Below are positions 63,206 through 64,000 of a stretch of 64,000 nt of DNA, in pieces. The notes beneath the pieces were generated by a model. The model worked only from the letters and a program-made list of their open reading frames with translations. It searched no databases and was not told the DNA's origin. This DNA comes from Tetramitus jugosus (Eukaryota > Protista > Heterolobosea). The position numbers and the translations under genes were made by a program. The stretch covers positions 401,304 to 465,303 of the forward strand of contig OW569376.1 in the NCBI GenBank assembly GCA_937625935.1, written 5' to 3'. How positions within the stretch are numbered: position 1 is the first letter of the stretch; every line of letters starts with the position of its first letter.

Positions 63206-64000
63206 TTTGGGTTTGGGTTTGGGTTTGGGTTTGGGTTTGGGTTTGGGTTTGGGTTTGGGTTTGGGTTTGGGTTTGGGTTTGGGTTTGGGTTTGGGTTTGG
63301 GTTTGGGTTTGGGTTTGGGTTTGGGTTTGGGTTTGGGTTTGGGTTTGGGTTTGGGTTTGGGTTTGGGTTTGGGTTTGGGTTTGGGTTTGGGTTTGGGTTT
63401 GGGTTTGGGTTTGGGTTTGGGTTTGGGTTTGGGTTTGGGTTTGGGTTTGGGTTTGGGTTTGGGTTTGGGTTTGGGTTTGGGTTTGGGTTTGGGTTTGGGT
63501 TTGGGTTTGGGTTTGGGTTTGGGTTTGGGTTTGGGTTTGGGTTTGGGTTTGGGTTTGGGTTTGGGTTTGGGTTTGGGTTTGGGTTTGGGTTTGGGTTTGG
63601 GTTTGGGTTTGGGTTTGGGTTTGGGTTTGGGTTTGGGTTTGGGTTTGGGTTTGGGTTTGGGTTTGGGTTTGGGTTTGGGTTTGGGTTTGGGTTTGGGTTT
63701 GGGTTTGGGTTTGGGTTTGGGTTTGGGTTTGGGTTTGGGTTTGGGTTTGGGTTTGGGTTTGGGTTTGGGTTTGGGTTTGGGTTTGGGTTTGGGTTTGGGT
63801 TTGGGTTTGGGTTTGGGTTTGGGTTTGGGTTTGGGTTTGGGTTTGGGTTTGGGTTTGGGTTTGGGTTTGGGTTTGGGTTTGGGTTTGGGTTTGGGTTTGG
63901 GTTTGGGTTTGGGTTTGGGTTTGGGTTTGGGTTTGGGTTTGGGTTTGGGTTTGGGTTTGGGTTTGGGTTGGGTTTGGGTTGGGTAGGGTTTGGGGTTTGG
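63206..64000 (+). repeat. Telomeric repeat array (TTTGGG)n
   Basis: About 795 nt of near-perfect TTTGGG, G-rich strand running 5'-3' toward the window end. Confidence 0.97.

Noticed and set aside
63207-63986. 259-aa Gly-Leu repeat ORF
   Set aside because: It is a translation of the telomere array.
63960-64000. Variant repeats (TTGGG, TAGGG, TTTGGGG) at the extreme end
   Set aside because: Probably low-coverage consensus noise at the contig end.
1-64000. CRISPR arrays, rRNA genes, intact transposons or viral genes
   Set aside because: None seen; no repeat-spacer structure and no intact RT, integrase or capsid ORF.

Overview
The window is the terminal 64 kb of a linear chromosome from a gene-dense microbial eukaryote that uses the standard genetic code. 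Introns are few and short (GT-AG, mostly GTATGT donors), intergenic gaps are very short, and the window ends in a (TTTGGG)n telomere at 63206-64000. By inference (telomere motif, Zn2Cys6-PAS factor, cyclase-RGS relic, LRR gene style) it most resembles a heterolobosean amoeba/flagellate; no search was run. Bases 1-51 kb hold about 21 apparently intact protein genes, one tRNA-Ser(AGA) and one surface-protein pseudogene. The genes include BMS1, a kinesin-fold protein with substituted ATPase motifs, a Nudix hydrolase, an Akt/PKB-like kinase, mitochondrial L27, DNAJC2/zuotin, a formin, a GH1 glucosidase, a PILS-type carrier, a membrane-tethered bZIP, TAF6, a Zn2Cys6-PAS factor, a VPS18-like protein, RIC1, an LRR protein and allantoicase. 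Bases 51-63.2 kb are a subtelomeric mosaic of broken, internally deleted gene fragments (TPR, RCC1, Cys-rich secreted protein, F-box/ankyrin, dual-specificity phosphatase, BAHD-type transferase, cyclase-RGS, possible MULE transposase), with an interstitial telomeric tract and a degenerate tandem repeat. Most worth follow-up: an allantoicase with a signal peptide on two upstream exons not joined in the ORF track, a probable pseudo-ATPase kinesin, an ATF6-like tethered bZIP, a divergent pair of unannotated 4-TM proteins, and the deletion-collapsed subtelomere. I found no single multi-gene novel system that I can support with confidence.
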